Shown one piece after another: positions 34,625-48,768 of a stretch of 64,000 bases of DNA. The stretch's first letter is position 1. The number at the start of each line of letters is the position of its first letter. The position numbers and the translations under genes are program-made. The DNA is from Toensbergia leucococca. Its lineage: Eukaryota. The notes below the pieces were generated by a model. That model made no database searches. It had not been told where the DNA came from and saw nothing but the letters and a program-made list of their open reading frames with translations. The stretch lies in contig JALDZS010000002.1 in the NCBI GenBank assembly GCA_022813965.1, positions 1 through 64,000 of the forward strand, read 5' to 3'.

Positions 34625-36379
34625 AAGGCAAAAGGCAAACGACGTGAGACGGCGATGAAGAAGACGATTTGCGATGAGGAAAGAAATAGAACGTGTCCAA
34701 GCGAACATTTGGTACTGTGACATACGAGATCTGGATCATGTCGGTTACATTGGGATTTTTGAGCGTCTGGCGAGGCGTTTTTGGCGTTTTCCCGTTGCTT
34801 CTATTGGGAAGTTACCACCATCATCGTCGTCATTGAGTGGGTATACAGGCAATTGGGCCCAGTTTGTACAGGTGGACACATCCGCTTCTCCCCCTAAGGT
34901 TCTTTTCTGATTGTATTTCCCCCATTCTTTCCAGCCACCTTTTTTTCCTTCGCTTCTTGTATTAAATTCAGGGGTGGGCAATGCCAATGGTGAAGTTTTC
35001 CGACATTCTCCTCTTCTTTTCTTCTTCCTTGTTTTGGATAATCATACAACTTATTTTTTTGTAATCTTTCATTTTTGGTTTCTTCTTTGTGTGTGTGACA
35101 TATGTGGAGAAACGCTTTTTTTGTAATAAATGCCGTCGTCGCTAGCTGTGCTGTCGCTTGATGGAAGGGATGTGGTGGCTTTGTTCTTCCTTTTTTTTTT
35201 CCTTTTCTTCTTCTTTTTCATTCTTGTTCCTCGAAGTGCGTTTCTTTTTGAGGTGATGCATTGGGAATGGGGTGGATGGGTTGTATGTGTTGCATATATG
35301 CATGTAGGGGCTGGAAGGGGCAGGGGTGAGGGAGGCGGGCATATAGAGAGAGCGAAATGGAGGAGGATATAGTAATCTAATGCATATCATCTTGTAGCGT
35401 CAAAGTGCGTCCCGTTTCCTGTCTACAGTGTCCTCCTCTCCTTCTGAAACGGATGAGATCACCCGGCTCGCTCCGTTGTCACCGAGGGGGAATTGTGATT
35501 TGAAGTGGGGGGGGGGTTTATCGTCGCCACTGGAGGAAAGGGGGGGGGGGAGTGTTGTTGAAGTAGCGAAAAGAGATTGCGGGAGATTGTAAAATCGGGG
35601 GTTTTTTTTATTTTCATTTGTTCACTTGACGTGTCCGAGCTGACAGGTAGGGTTTTGTCTAAACCCCCTCGACTCTGCGATTGATTGGTCTACTGTTTTT
35701 ATTGTTTCTGTGTCTTGTGTTACCTAGTTGTCGCTGCAGGGGGGTGGAGCTGGGGGCATTGGGAAGATGATGGAAATCGACAGTTTGAGAGGGAGAGAGA
35801 AACGATACACGCGATCACTGAAGGGACAACAATCAGATTTCACACCGAATCCCCCCCCTCTTGCCATCCCGTTGCTCCTGTTCCCCCTTCATGCCTCCCT
35901 CCGTCAACTCGCCTATCTTTTCACGCCGAGCCAGATCATATCCATTGCCAAAGCCCCCACTCCGCTCTCACAATTCTTGTCAAAAGCATGACTGCTCTCA
36001 CCAAACCCTGCCCCCGCCCCCCTCCTTTTCTTTTCTCTTGTTTTTTGTTATTTTCTTTCCTTGTTCTTGTTGTTAGGTGTACAACTCCTGTATGATTTGA
36101 TTGACGAATGCATGCTTTTCCTTTTATTCGTTTGGCCTAGAAAACCCCCCCTTGGTTTCCTCAGAGGCTTTGTGTCTTCAAAAGATGTGGAATGTGTTTC
36201 GGTTGGGATCAATTCATGCCTCGTTTCCCCTTTTGTTTTCAATGTGGCCATGTGCTGTTTGATTAAATGTTTCGTGAATTTGTTCGGGGGTTGGTATATT
36301 TCCAAGGAGCGGATCTCTGTTTTTTTTTTAGAATGAAGATGAGTTTAAGTCTGTTAGGCTATTGTATGGGGTATAACGA

Positions 36380-37300
36380 GAGTCGCGGTTTCTCTGAACC
36401 CCGGTGCAGGGACAAACGGGTTTGGACCTCCGTTCTGTGCATCATGGACAGAGAACCACATCAGGGCATAAAGCATGAATCTCCCTGCTAATCAACTTCT
36501 TCAAACTCATTTGCATTCAATGTTGCTTGAGCCTTCAACTCATGTACAGTTGAGGCTGCTTGTGCCTTTTAACGTGTCAACATTTGATGATACCTAGACC
36601 CTTTTGAGTCATTCTAGAATAGTCTAGTGGAGATCCTTGTGCCGTCATGAGGTTCAAATGCTGCTGATTCATTTTCATTTAAATGTCAGTCATATGATTC
36701 AAAGATCTGATGACCGATAATCTCATTTATGCCTGTAAGCTGACACTGAAGGCCACAAGAGTCAATTGATACGTGAAGAGTGAGACAGCTGAGAAGTATG
36801 TCAGCAGTGAACTTTCCATCAGAGTAGTCCAAAATCACAGTTATTTGAAAGTCAAAACAGCATCGCGCTCCTCGGAATGGATTTGAGAGAAGGTGATTCT
36901 GTGTCTGTTGATCACAGATCTGTTTTCAGTGAAAGAGAATCCAACTTATAGACCATGGTTGATTGAGGGGTGGAGAAGGGGACAGAACGGAGATTCTAAT
37001 GCCAGATCTGTATGTGTTTATCACTACTTCAACTCAGTAGCTCAGTAGAAAGAGAGCCTAACTTACACTTGAGCAATTGTGAGTGAAGTGAGGAAGAAAG
37101 AATCTAGGTTAAGTGAGTGAAGAAGTTTAAGTACATGTGGGGGGAACAAGTTCTTCACAGGTAGATATAAGATTGCGCCCTTGAGTGTGACTTGGGAGGG
37201 GAGGTGTGTTTATGTATATCGCAGCTGTGACTATTCCCATTTTCTAGCCAATGTATCTAGAGTGTGATGCTCTAAATAATAATATTCCGTCCACCTTCTT
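36380..37300 (-). pseudogene. CpG-poor, TpG/CpA-rich relic, possibly a C-to-T-mutated ORF or repeat remnant
   Basis: Only about 11 CpG counted by eye in 36481-37320. One minus-strand frame reads as protein-like text broken by TGA/TAG/TAA codons. No homology recognised. Confidence 0.3.
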
Positions 37301-37831
37301 TTTATATCAGCTAGGCTTGGCATATAGGTACGAGTACTAGGAAATGGTAGTTGAAAAGGCAAAAATCCCTTCAAAACGACAAGAAAACCCACCCAGCCTT
37401 CTCACTTCCCAAACCAAAACAGAAATGAATTTCATTACTAGCAAAAATCGCCTATGTTGCATTGAATCCACCACACGCATCGACCCCACTCCTCAACCCT
37501 GTGGAACAGAAAAAGAAACCTCAAAATGCTGGGCAAATATCAGAAACGCCAACGCTCACTCCACGATGCACGTATGCCAAAGGGGGATGGATATCAAGCA
37601 TGTAAACCGCTCTGCGCTTCCACATCCCATACTAGAAGCACAAGCCGACCAGGAATCATGTCAAAGAAAACATCAGGGCTCGGTCAGAAGGGAGAAAACA
37701 AGTGAAATAATGGAATAGAAAAGAAGGTAGAATCGCTATGCGCGCTCAAAGGCAAAACAAAATCCAGGAAAGGGGGAAAAAAGAGGAAATGACTACCCTC
37801 AAGAAGAACACCCCAAGCCTAATCCACACGA

Positions 37832-40800
37832 TCAAGCAACCCCAAAAGTATTAGAATTCTGCCTCGAGCTCCTCCCGCTTCCACTAGAATCACTACTCGT
37901 CGGCGTTATTGCCGTATCCCCCGCCCCAACAACAACTTGCTGCCTAATCTTCATAATCCACTCGCACTGCAGCAGCTCCGCCGCACTAGCCCTCCTTCTC
38001 GGATCCCTTTCGAAGCAGCGTTTCAAAAATTCCATGCCCTCACCGCTCAGTTGGTCCCGGCTTGGCAACTGCGGGGGGTTGCCCTGCGCGATATTATACA
38101 TGATGGCCCACTCATTGTCGAGGCTGGCCCAAGGCCGTCGGCCTGTGCTCATTTCCAGAATGACACACCCGAGCGACCAGACGTCGATGGCGCCTTGGCG
38201 GCCTTCGTTTTGGCCTTTAATTACCTCGGGGGACATGTACATGGGAGTGCCGGTCATGGATTTTTGCTTTCCGGCCCCGGGGGGACGGACGGCGGAGGGA
38301 TTTGTAGGGGCAGCGTGATCTGGTTGGAGGGTTTTGCCTTGCCGGGCGATGATCTTGGCGGCGCCGAAGTCGACGTATTTTATTATGCCGTTGTGGTCGA
38401 GGAGGATGTCTGTGGAGAATTAGTGCGCAATTAAGAGGGAAGGACGGGGTAATGGAGGGAATTTATTTCGAGGACTGACTTTCTGGCTTGATGTCGCGGT
38501 GCACAATGCCGCTTTCGTGCAAGTAGGCTAGCCCTTCCAGCATTTGGAGCGCATAGACTTGTACTACCGTTTCGTCTTCGATACGGCCATGTTCTAGGAG
38601 ATTGGCGAGTGACCCTCCGGAGCAGTATTCCATGAAGATGTAGACTTTGTCTCGATGAACTTCAATGCCGTAGTATGAGACGATGTTTGGGTGATCAAGG
38701 ACTTGAAGGACATTCATTTCATCGTGGATCTGACCTGCTATGGTAGGGACAAGCTGTGGGTCTTGCAGTCTGATTTCCTTGACCGCCATCAGGTAGCCGG
38801 AATCGAGGTTCATTGCCGCATAGACGGAACCGAATGTGCCTCCACCAACAAACTGTCCTTGCTGCCATCGCAGTGTTGCGTTGGTGGCAGACGAAGAAAG
38901 GTAAGTCAATGAACGGTCAGCCTCGTTGGCACCCTCTAGAACACGTCCCAAAGCTTGCCGTTCCGCCTCCTTCTGTTTTCGAATCTCGTCAATCTCTGCA
39001 AGCTGAGCTAACCATCCCTCTCTGACATAACGTGAGGCTTCTGCATCGTCCTTCATCCTGCTGACATCCATCTTACGGAATTGGCCCGCCAGAGCCTCGA
39101 TTCGCTGCTTTTCAGCTTGGGCGGCCAAGGTGGATCTAGCGCCCATGATATCGAAATGAGAGATCAAAAGTGACATGCAACCCGCCACCTTCATTCGTAA
39201 TCGTGTAAACTCTGTATCGGTAATAGAGAGAATGTTTGGTCCTCGAGTCATAACCATGGCGAATTCAAGCGCAACGACAGCCCACCTGAACGTCTTTCGA
39301 TCCGAAGCTATACAATCGTCGCAGATGAAGCTCACCCAGTCTAACGCAAGTCTAGTGAGCTTGAGGTTGTTCATCATTCGCCTGTTAACATCCATGTACA
39401 TGACTGAACGCTTTCCAAATTCCGTCGCAAACGCGAAGCATGTCTGAATCAACTCCTGATTTTCAAGACCCTTTGTCTGTTTTCTAATGATTTCAACGCT
39501 CTCCATGATGGTATTCGAAAGCTTATATGTCGTTTTCTTGATTTTCCCCAGCTCCACACTCACTCTCGGCAGATTGGCTCTCAATTCGGTCAGAACGTCA
39601 AGCTGCATACCTATTGTCTGTGCAAAAGCCAGTCTTGCATTCTGCAAACGCTGCTGCGAACCATCCGCGACGAGACGAAGTCGACCTGGCTTAATGTCTA
39701 TTGATGGTGCGCGCATATCAACATCCATTTTCTTGCCATCCCAGTAGAGTGGTTGGTCTGGTCGAATGATGAGGATATACGGGTTCGATGGATCCTCCAT
39801 GATTTCCTCGGTATGATATGATGTACCAAGTATTGACTTGATTTCCCGTGGACGATTGTGTAGCGAAGGCGATGCAACAAGGATGATGCCTTCATGCTCG
39901 ACGCTCCCGGTATAGATGAAGAAATGGCCAGATACCATAAGTGCCTCGTATAAATCCTCCAACTTCCTCCTTTCCAAGCTAATGTTGTACTCCGTAGCAT
40001 TTTCAAATCGCTGGCCCAGCAGTCTCGAGAAGCGGAACAGTTTTCTCTGCCTAACACGCACAGAATCCAGTATCTGCTTGTAGCGTCTGTCCATATCGGC
40101 AGCGTTTTCTTCCGGTCTTCGCTGAAGTTCCCGCTCGAAATGAGTGGTAAGTCGTTGCAAAGACTTCGCAGTCAGCCCGCTAAATTGCTCGGCGACCTCA
40201 ACGTCGCCTCCGTCCAAAAATCGTCCGATCTCGTTGGAAAACTCCCACTCCTGTTCCAGTATCTCAGCCTCCTTGAACGTGTTCTTATTTCCAACCAACT
40301 TCGAATTCAGCTTTGTGAAATAGAATTTCAAAGCATCCAGTACCACTAGATCGAAATGCTCATCGATGCATGGGGGTAGGTCCCATCCTGGTTCCACTTG
40401 CGAGACAACGGTGTACTCCTGTTTGATACTGACAGCTAGTTTTAGTAGAATCTGAAACTGCGAGATCATTTGCTCTGCCATCATCATGGATTGCTGAGCT
40501 GGGTCCTTCATCTTCTTAGCGTAATTCAATCGCATGCGGATGATTTCTTGAATCAGTCGCGACGGAAAGTTGATCAAGGTGAGGAGCTCTTCAATGTACG
40601 GCGGGAGATGTCGCTGAGCAAATGATTCTGCGTTCTCGATGAGCGTTGCTTTAGATTTCCTGATGACTTCCGCAACACCGAGAAGCATGTTATGATCCCC
40701 TTGCAGCGACTTCAAGCCATCCTCCTTCAGGATTCGATCTATAAATGAAGATTCATCTGTGAGGCCAGCTCCACTCAGGGGACGGACTTTGGGCTTCGCA

Positions 40801-42023
40801 AAATCAAGCTCTTCATTTCCAACCCAGCCCTGTAAAATTGCAAGCTCTGTATTAATAAGCTCGGTAGTATTATGCCATGCGATTACAGCATCGCAGCTAG
40901 CCTTGAAAGCGTCTGATGCAGCTCGAGCGTTAGCTACTTCGAGGGCCATTCTTGTGGGGTAGAGACTTTCACATCGCTCAATCTTTTGTACGACATCCTG
41001 AACTTGTTCTGTGGCAGGCTTCCCAACTTCAGTCTCTCCCTTGATTTCGAACGCTATCACGGCTTCGATCTCAGCACCGATACCTACTCGGCCCTCTTCG
41101 ATCATCCGCTTCTGGGCAGCAATACTTCGGCCACAGACCCTAGCACGTACGCCGACCCATATTTCGTTATTCAAAGCCTTGTCTCCTTTTTGCTCCGCAG
41201 TACCTATCAAACGCTGCTTTTCTTGTTTCACCACATCCCCTTTTAAAACAGAGGCCAGCATGGAATGCCATTCTAGTCTTTCCCGATTCTCTGGTATCTG
41301 CAGCTCTTCCGAAGAAGGTATTATGTCGTCTGTATTGTAAAAAAGTTGGGTGTCTTGGTCATATATGTCATTGTCGAAGTGGACTTCGGTCGATGGCGAC
41401 TCTTCCTCGGTCTCTGAATCTGTACTATATCCTAGACTAGGTGTATATGGCTCGCCGTCATAGAATTCGTGACTAGGATCCTGCCGTAGCTGCTGTATAT
41501 ACGCTTTTTCTTGAGCTCGATACTGTGCGTTTGGATCTCGTCTAGCACGCGAGGCGGAGTAGGATCGTTGGCGATGAGACTGAAGTGAGATGAATTGTGG
41601 AGGTTTCCGAAGTGGGTTGTATGTGCTCGAAGGGGTCCGGGCAGGCGCTGTAGGGCGTTGGGGTCGTGGGCTTGCAACGGGCACGGGAGCAAGATCAAGG
41701 GCGCCATTCAGAGCCTGTCCGTTTCCTCCCTTTGGTTTTGGCTGAATTTGAGGAATCCAAGATAGCTGTGGGTTGTGGGAGTCTGTTGTTGAGCCTGGGG
41801 TGAATTGGATTGAAGTGTCACTTTCATCGTCGAATCTTGGCTCTTGGCCAGCGGAAGGCAGGTCGACTGGATAGTCGTCGGAGTCGGCGGAGCCACCAGA
41901 GTCGTGAGTAGCTAGTTCCGGTCGTTCCATGACCTGCGGCAGTCTTTTTAAATCAAGTCGTTGGTGTTCTGATGATCTCTCACGCGCTTTCACTCGAGGC
42001 GAACTTGCTTGGCCGTCCGCCAT
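37832..42023 (-). CDS. SSK2: HOG-pathway MAP kinase kinase kinase (Ssk2/Wis4/SskB); 2 exons
   Basis: RERLEWHSMLASVLKGDVV N-terminal domain. Kinase motifs WQQGQFVGGGTFGSVY, MAVKEI, HRDIKPE|NILLD, DFGAA, GTPMYMSPE and DVWSLGC. Intron at about 38478-38411. Confidence 0.95.
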
Positions 42024-44359
42024 GTTGACCAATCTACGCGTTGATGAGTGTAACCTCCAGATTTCTCACCTCGCAAGTTGCAAATGGTTTAATCTTGATA
42101 ATAAAAACCTAACGCGCGCTAGAATAAGTCAGCCCGTCCATTTCCTTTCTAAATCAATGTGGCTGAATCAATAAAAGTAGGTAGGTACTACCACAGCGTG
42201 GTGTCAACTGCCAACGTCATCCAAGTTCCCACGTCACTAACATCACCCAAATGAGCGCCTTCCAAGCATTGATGTATCAATCATCTGGAAGTCGCACTTT
42301 CTACATAGGTATCACCCCCAATATACACGTCCTAGTTTTGATCAACAACTACACTGTGAGTTTTTGAAGACATTCATATGTATGCCCCTTCCACAGACCG
42401 TGTTATGGGATTACACTTAGGTATATCTCTTCCAAGTATCAAATGTTATCCGAGGAAATTTGATATACCTGCCCTATGATTCTCCGTTGGATCTACTATT
42501 CCAGTTTTACATAGCAATCGTAGCTATGCTCTTGCGGGTCCATTTCTCATAAGCACAGCGCACTTTGGCCCTTGAGTACTGGAACTTGTTTTACACTTCC
42601 TCGAAGCGAAAGTGACAGCTGTTGTTAAGGTATGTAAGAGAATACGGGGAGTATGACCTCGACTATTCTGAAACTTAAGTATGATACGGAGTATCCCTAC
42701 CAACCATCACGATCTAGAGCTATGTACTTACTATACGATATGGAAAGAAGAAATGACATGGTATACAGCGGGAAGGAAACATTGCATGTGGAATGGTATG
42801 GAAAGGACAGAAGGATTAGTGTTCTAGGTAATGCAGTATATCAGAAAATCCTCAGGATTGAAAGAGTCTATGAGACACGCGGTGAAGGTATGGCATAGAC
42901 CATCAATCCAACTTGTCGGGCTTCACAATTTAATATTTGTTCCTATATTTGCTGGGGCTTCGATTACATTGAAAGGCTTCATCCTTCTTTCTGGTCAGCA
43001 AGCCTATCCTTAGTTATTGCATTCAGCCACCGATCTCTTTGGTATACAGACCGCGGAGAGGGTCTCTGCCCTTGCGGCTCCTTCAGGATTCCGGCCCCAG
43101 AAGCCGCTAGTAACTCGAAAAGGGATTGGATCTGTCAATGATGGAATTCGAGTACAGCTAAACAGATGTTTTCCCTGGTGATGACCCGAATGTATCAATA
43201 TTGTGGCTCATGAACACGGCTAGACTCCTCTCGAAGTCTCCTTCATCTCGTGCGTGCTGATAGTGAAGGGCTTACATCAAGTATCTATATCTCGCACCTT
43301 TGGTCAAAGCATGTTGAGTGCATCAGGCATTTGGCTTATCGGCACACTTCATACTCCACGCTCGCTTTGGGTAGGAATTTCTCAATTTCAACTTGAATCT
43401 AGGAGTATGTTGAAGTGGGTATGATTACGATATCCAGCAACGGTTTACTACTTCTGAGTAACGACGTTGACTCAAAGTAGCTTTGATAGGTAGGTGACAG
43501 TATCAAATCCTAAAGTATTGAAATCTCTAGGATTGTGTAACGAGACTTGTCAAGATGTATCGAGGCAGAATTGCAAGCTCACCAAATTGGCCTTGGTGTA
43601 TTAGCTGCATGCTTAGCAGGACTCTACCGAGGGAGTAAGGTATTCCTTGATGAACTCTGCATATTAATTGTTGTGATGTCGACCCGTCGCGGTGTCAAAA
43701 ACCACCTCCCCCGGAATAACGTTGTCAAGAAGGCGTCAAAGCCACAAGGATCATTAGGATGACCAAGAATAATATCATCATTGTACGTGGTGCATGTCAT
43801 CAATGATGGAGGGAATGTGGGCCCAATGTGCTTGACATGATCGAACATTTACCTCAGATCATTACCAGAACATTAAGATAGCACGTGGAGAGGCCTTGGA
43901 TGAGTTTGGAGTTTCGTGACGATATGGAGGATTTATCAGATGATAATGGGGGAGCGGTACGGAGTAACGAATAGAGGCACTAGGTAGAATCCTGCCATCG
44001 GCCTTTTCTTTGTACATTTCCGTGTCCGTACCTGAGCGGGATGTATGAAGCCCCTGATACATACATTTTCTGGGAACGGACTTCATTCGCGGATGATCCG
44101 AGTACAGACCAAGTATTCTGGATTGACATTGAAAAGGCAGACCGTAAGCCGGCGACGATTTACGTCTCAACTTAAGTTCAGTTGAAATCGTTTGTTTCCC
44201 CCTGGGCTCCATTTCACAAGCGCACGATTGATCCGCGCCAAACACCTCACTAGCGGCGCATCTAACCCTCCAAGTCTGATCCTGTCGCTTCTATCCATCC
44301 TCCCCGTCCGAATCCACCTTCATCTTTTCCAGCAATTCTACACTCTCAATCTTTGAGCC

Positions 44360-46139
44360 ATGGCGGATTCCACTGTCAAAGGCGGGGAGCTCACCGCCCT
44401 GACATCTTTGAACTACACCGTCCTCGTTCCATACAATGGCACCATCCCCACTGGAGGGGACTCGCTCACCCATAACCTCAACGTTTACTACCAAGTCTGT
44501 CACCTAACCCCATGCTCCTACGAAGCTGACAATGGGAACTCAGTCTGGTGATATTGCCTGGATGATCACTTCCACGGCCCTCGTCTTGCTTATGATTCCT
44601 GGCGTTGGGTCAGTCTTGATAAACCCTCAACCATGTACTCGACGACCAAGGCTGATTTACTTCCAGCTTCTTCTATGCCGGACTTGCACGACGAAAGTCC
44701 GCTTTGTCGCTGATATGGCTGTCTATGATGGCAACGGGTGTTATATCATTCCAATGGTTTTTCTGGGGATACTCTTTGGCTTTTTCGCATACTGCTGGTA
44801 GATTCATCGGAGATCTCGCCAACTTTGGCTTCCACAACACCCTGGCCCATCCTTCGGTTGGCAGTGCAAGGATCCCTGATCTTCTTTTCGCCGTCTATCA
44901 AGGCATGTTCGCCGCAATCACGTAAGTCACCCAAGTTCCATCATCTTTCAAAACCAAGCTCATACTTTATGGATCTAGCGTGGCTCTGGCGGTCGGGGCA
45001 GTTGCTGAACGAGGTCGCTTGCTTCCATGTGTGATCTTCATGTTCGTCTGGTCTACAGTGATCTATGATGCCATTGCTTGCTGGACGTGGAACCCGCATG
45101 GCTGGGTCGCCCGGATGGGAGGTCTGGACTTTGCTGGTGGTACTCCTGTGCACATCTCATCCGGCTCTGCAGCTCTTGCCTATTCACTTATGCTTGGCAA
45201 GAGACGCGGTCATGGCACTCATGAGTTGAACTTTCGACCTCACAATGTCACACAAATCGTCATCGGAACCGTCTTTCTTTGGGTTGGATGGTTTGGGTTC
45301 AACGCTGGATCTGCACTTAGCGCGAATATGCGTGCGGTCATGGCTGCGGTTAATACCAATCTCGCAGCTTCTACCGGAGGTGTCACCTGGTGTGTTCTTG
45401 ACTATAGACTAGAAAAGAAGTGGTCAGCTGTTGGCTTCTGCTCCGGCGTCGTTGCGGGTCTTGTCGCCATTACTCCTGGCTCCGGTTACGTTCCTGCATG
45501 GTCCGCGGTTGTCTTTGGTGTTGTCGGAGCCTCTGCATGCAACTACGGCACCAAGCTGAAGTTCCTTTTTGGTATCGATGACGCCTTGGATATTTTCGCC
45601 GTACATACTATCGGTGGTCTTGTTGGAAACATCTTGACAGGTTTCTTTGCTGCGTGAGTATAGATGCATTGGCAGAGGCCGGAGTTGTATGCTAACAATG
45701 CTACAGCAATTACATAGCGCATCTCGATGGGTTCACGGAGATTCCAGGTGGCTGGCTCAACCGTCACTGGATACAGCTAGGCTATCAGCTCGCCGATTCG
45801 GCCTCGGGTTTCGCATACTCATTCGGTGGCTCCTGCATCATTCTTTTCTTCATCAACCTCGTGCCAGGTCTCGGGCTGCGGGCCAGCGAAGAAGCCGAAG
45901 TCCTCGGTATGGATGACGCTGAGATTGGCGAGTTTGCCGTAAGTCCCTCTGCCACTCGATCATTCGAGAAAGGTAGCTCTGACAGCACACAGTATGACTA
46001 TGTCGAGCTCACCCGCGACGTCGTGCAAGCGATAGGCGACAGTGAATCGAAGTACTCTGGCGAGCAGCGTTCTCCCGTCGAGCCGACAGAAAAAACATTT
46101 TCTTCGACAGATGATACCGTCATCAAATCGCATCGATAG
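44360..46139 (+). CDS. MEP: Ammonium transporter (Amt/Mep family); multi-exon
   Basis: GDIAWMITSTALVLLMIPG, FQWFFWGYSLAF, DFAGGTPVH, GWFGFNAGS, GLVAITPGSG and DDALDIFAVH (twin-His). Confidence 0.96.
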
Positions 46140-48768
46140 GCCCCCAATCCTGATGCGATGCCGGTTCATCTCATCGCCATGTTTTCGATTCAATGACCCA
46201 AAATATCGGCAATGTTGCTCTCCCTTCTATTGGCATGGTCAAACGTCCAAGTAGATAAACTTCTAGCATGTAGTCCCTCTCCATTTCAGCTAATATGGGT
46301 TGTACACAGTCCACGGCATGCTCTCATCTTTTTTTCTTCCTCTTTACGAGTAGGTACCCCTACACAGAGCGGCGCAGAGCCGAGTGACGCAGTCATGATG
46401 AAAAATACCCTTGTTGACCTTTCTATTTCTTTCTCAGGCGGTATTGGAACTCGGTCTGCCAAGGGAAGAGAAGGGGACTTGGATCAAGGATTTGGCTCTA
46501 GGATAGGGAGGTGTTTATGGTGGCGCTCAAAGTTACGATAGTAATCGGTGGGAAAGATAATGGACTTAGATCAGCTACCTACTTTAGTACTTGAGGTCTT
46601 GTGGTCTTGGTGGGTTACACTGGCGCTAAAGTAAGATATGTGTGATGATGTGTTTGGGTGAATCAACACCACCATCCACTTGTTTTCGGAGGTGTTGGAA
46701 TGCGGAAAATGAACTACCTACTGAAACCAAACCCGTCCTTGCCCTGGTGACCCCAAGAAAATTCTTCAAGTAGTGAACGATTGAATAGATGAGATCAATG
46801 ATACCATTCTTCCGCAATACTTTAAGTAAGGTAGGTATCCGTAGGTAGTGGGATTTTCCCGCCTAGGTAGCTCGGTACCTCGGGTATTCTAGGTTCAAGA
46901 GACTGGATCTCGAACGTGGAAGATCCTAGCTTTCAAGTTTGATAGGCACGCGGGGTCCCCCCCATGCTCTACTCTTCTTTCCCAAGGACCTACCTACCTT
47001 ATGGATCACAGCTGTTTATACCTTTCATCACACCTTCACTGACATTTATACACTTTTCGTCATTTCAATTCAAAGATTCAATCTGATCTCTCTGCAGCAA
47101 ATAAAGAGATGAGAATTTTCACTCCCCCTCAGCATCAACTCTTTCTCTGTCCTCCTCTTTTACTTTTCCCCCTCCCCTGCATTTTCAACAGAGAATACCC
47201 TTATCATCCTTAAATAAAGACACTATGACTCAAACCTTACAGGATTAAGTTTAGGGTTTATATGCTTTTCTGAAGAATTTTGTAAATACCTGTTTTGCAG
47301 GTTTTTTTATTTTGCTGAGATTAAAGGCTGTGGGATCTGTGCTCTCTTTTTTGGGGGGGAGGCTGGTTGTTTTGTTTTTGTGGGCAAAGGAGGGGGTGAG
47401 ATGTTGGAATCTCCCATGGCAAAGAGATGGTGGATCAGGTCAAGGGGATTTTTTTTTTGCATTGAGCTTTCTTGCTGGTTTAGGTAGTGATGAGGGTGGG
47501 GGGGGGGGATTTTTTGGGAGGGAGGATGAAAGTAAAGGCATGGATTTTCTAAATTTTTGGGGGGTAAGGGATTCAGAGACGTGATATTGTCGTCCATGTA
47601 TGAGTATTTTATTTAGAGACATGACTCCTTGCTTTCCTCTTTGATACACTAAGATATGTTCCGGGTGGGTTTGCTGCTTACCTTACCCAACCGCAGCTAA
47701 GCTCCATTGAAGGAATAGTTCCAACGCACATACAAAATTCTCGTTTTCCTCGACCAGTGCTCGTGTCCCTCGCCGGCTGACCTCATTTTGCATCAACGAA
47801 ATAGAACATCTCATTCCTCCGCCGTGACGCTACAGTGAGCTGTACCGGTATATTGCCGAGGAACATAGCAGACACCGTCGAACTTCCAATGACCTTGTGT
47901 GGCATCCGAGGCTTTCTGACTAAGCCCTTATGCTGGAACGTAGCGGGGAAAACGAAAAGAATCTATAGGAAACCTGGATGGTATTGATGGGCAATGGAAG
48001 GTTATTGGCCTGTTAGATGCCCGAATGACGTGCTATCTCAGCATTACTGGAGGGTTTGTATTTTCTACTCCATTAGTTAGGTGAAGTACAAGCACCTAAC
48101 TTCACCTAGCAATCGTCAACCCACATGGACACACCAACTTCTAGTCTATCAAGTCTATGCTTGGTTGACTGTGGTATCGCTCGACTCTACTTCGTATACC
48201 GACGCTGCCATAATTCCGAAGAATTGCGGGGCTTTGAAAACGTGAAATTGGAGAGGCTCTGGCGGCGAGTGGCCGAGTAGGCGGGTTACTAGATCATGTA
48301 GTGCATAGAGACATACATTAGCCGCATTTGTGTCTTGTGAGCAAGCGCTGTGATGGCGCTCTGAGGATGCGGGTACTTGCGGCTTCGTACTGCTGTGTTC
48401 TTGTCGAGAGGATCTGCTTGCTTTCGCCCCGGAATTGGGCTCCAGTTGATTGTTCAGCAGGTTGTCTCGCCGAGAAGAGTATTATGATGAGAGGAGACCG
48501 AGAGCTATTTTTACACGCATTGGGGATACCGAGTTAGGGACTCGAGTATCCTTGTTATTCCTCGCTTCATGAATATGTGGCCTCATTACGAGGTAACGCC
48601 AAGGAAAGGCCAGTAGAGGCTTCCGCGCTTGCCATAATTTCTGTAAGAAGCGCCGCACGTAGGCCCAGAGCTTCCCACTCAACACGCTCGAAGCATAGAA
48701 GAGACAGTAGCGGTCCTTCAAAGAGCGTGAGTAGTATGTAAGCAGTCCGTGTATCACCTTTTGATTTG

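Noticed and set aside
34900..36340. Hydrophobic Phe/Leu-rich short ORFs downstream of NPL6
   Set aside because: Explained by T-rich low-complexity sequence.
42109..42141. 10-codon upstream ORF (MDGLTYSSAR*) before SSK2
   Set aside because: Short ORFs of this size occur by chance, and the transcript start is unknown.
23616..46139. PUT2, SAM1 and MEP as an extended nitrogen-metabolism supercluster with the hydantoin genes
   Set aside because: They are separated by many unrelated housekeeping genes, so proximity is compatible with chance.
47250..47260. TTAGGG telomere-like hexamer
   Set aside because: Single copy, not an array.
48075..48110. 10-bp inverted repeat TAGGTGAAGT/ACTTCACCTA
   Set aside because: Isolated and short, with no transposase, target-site duplication or second copy.
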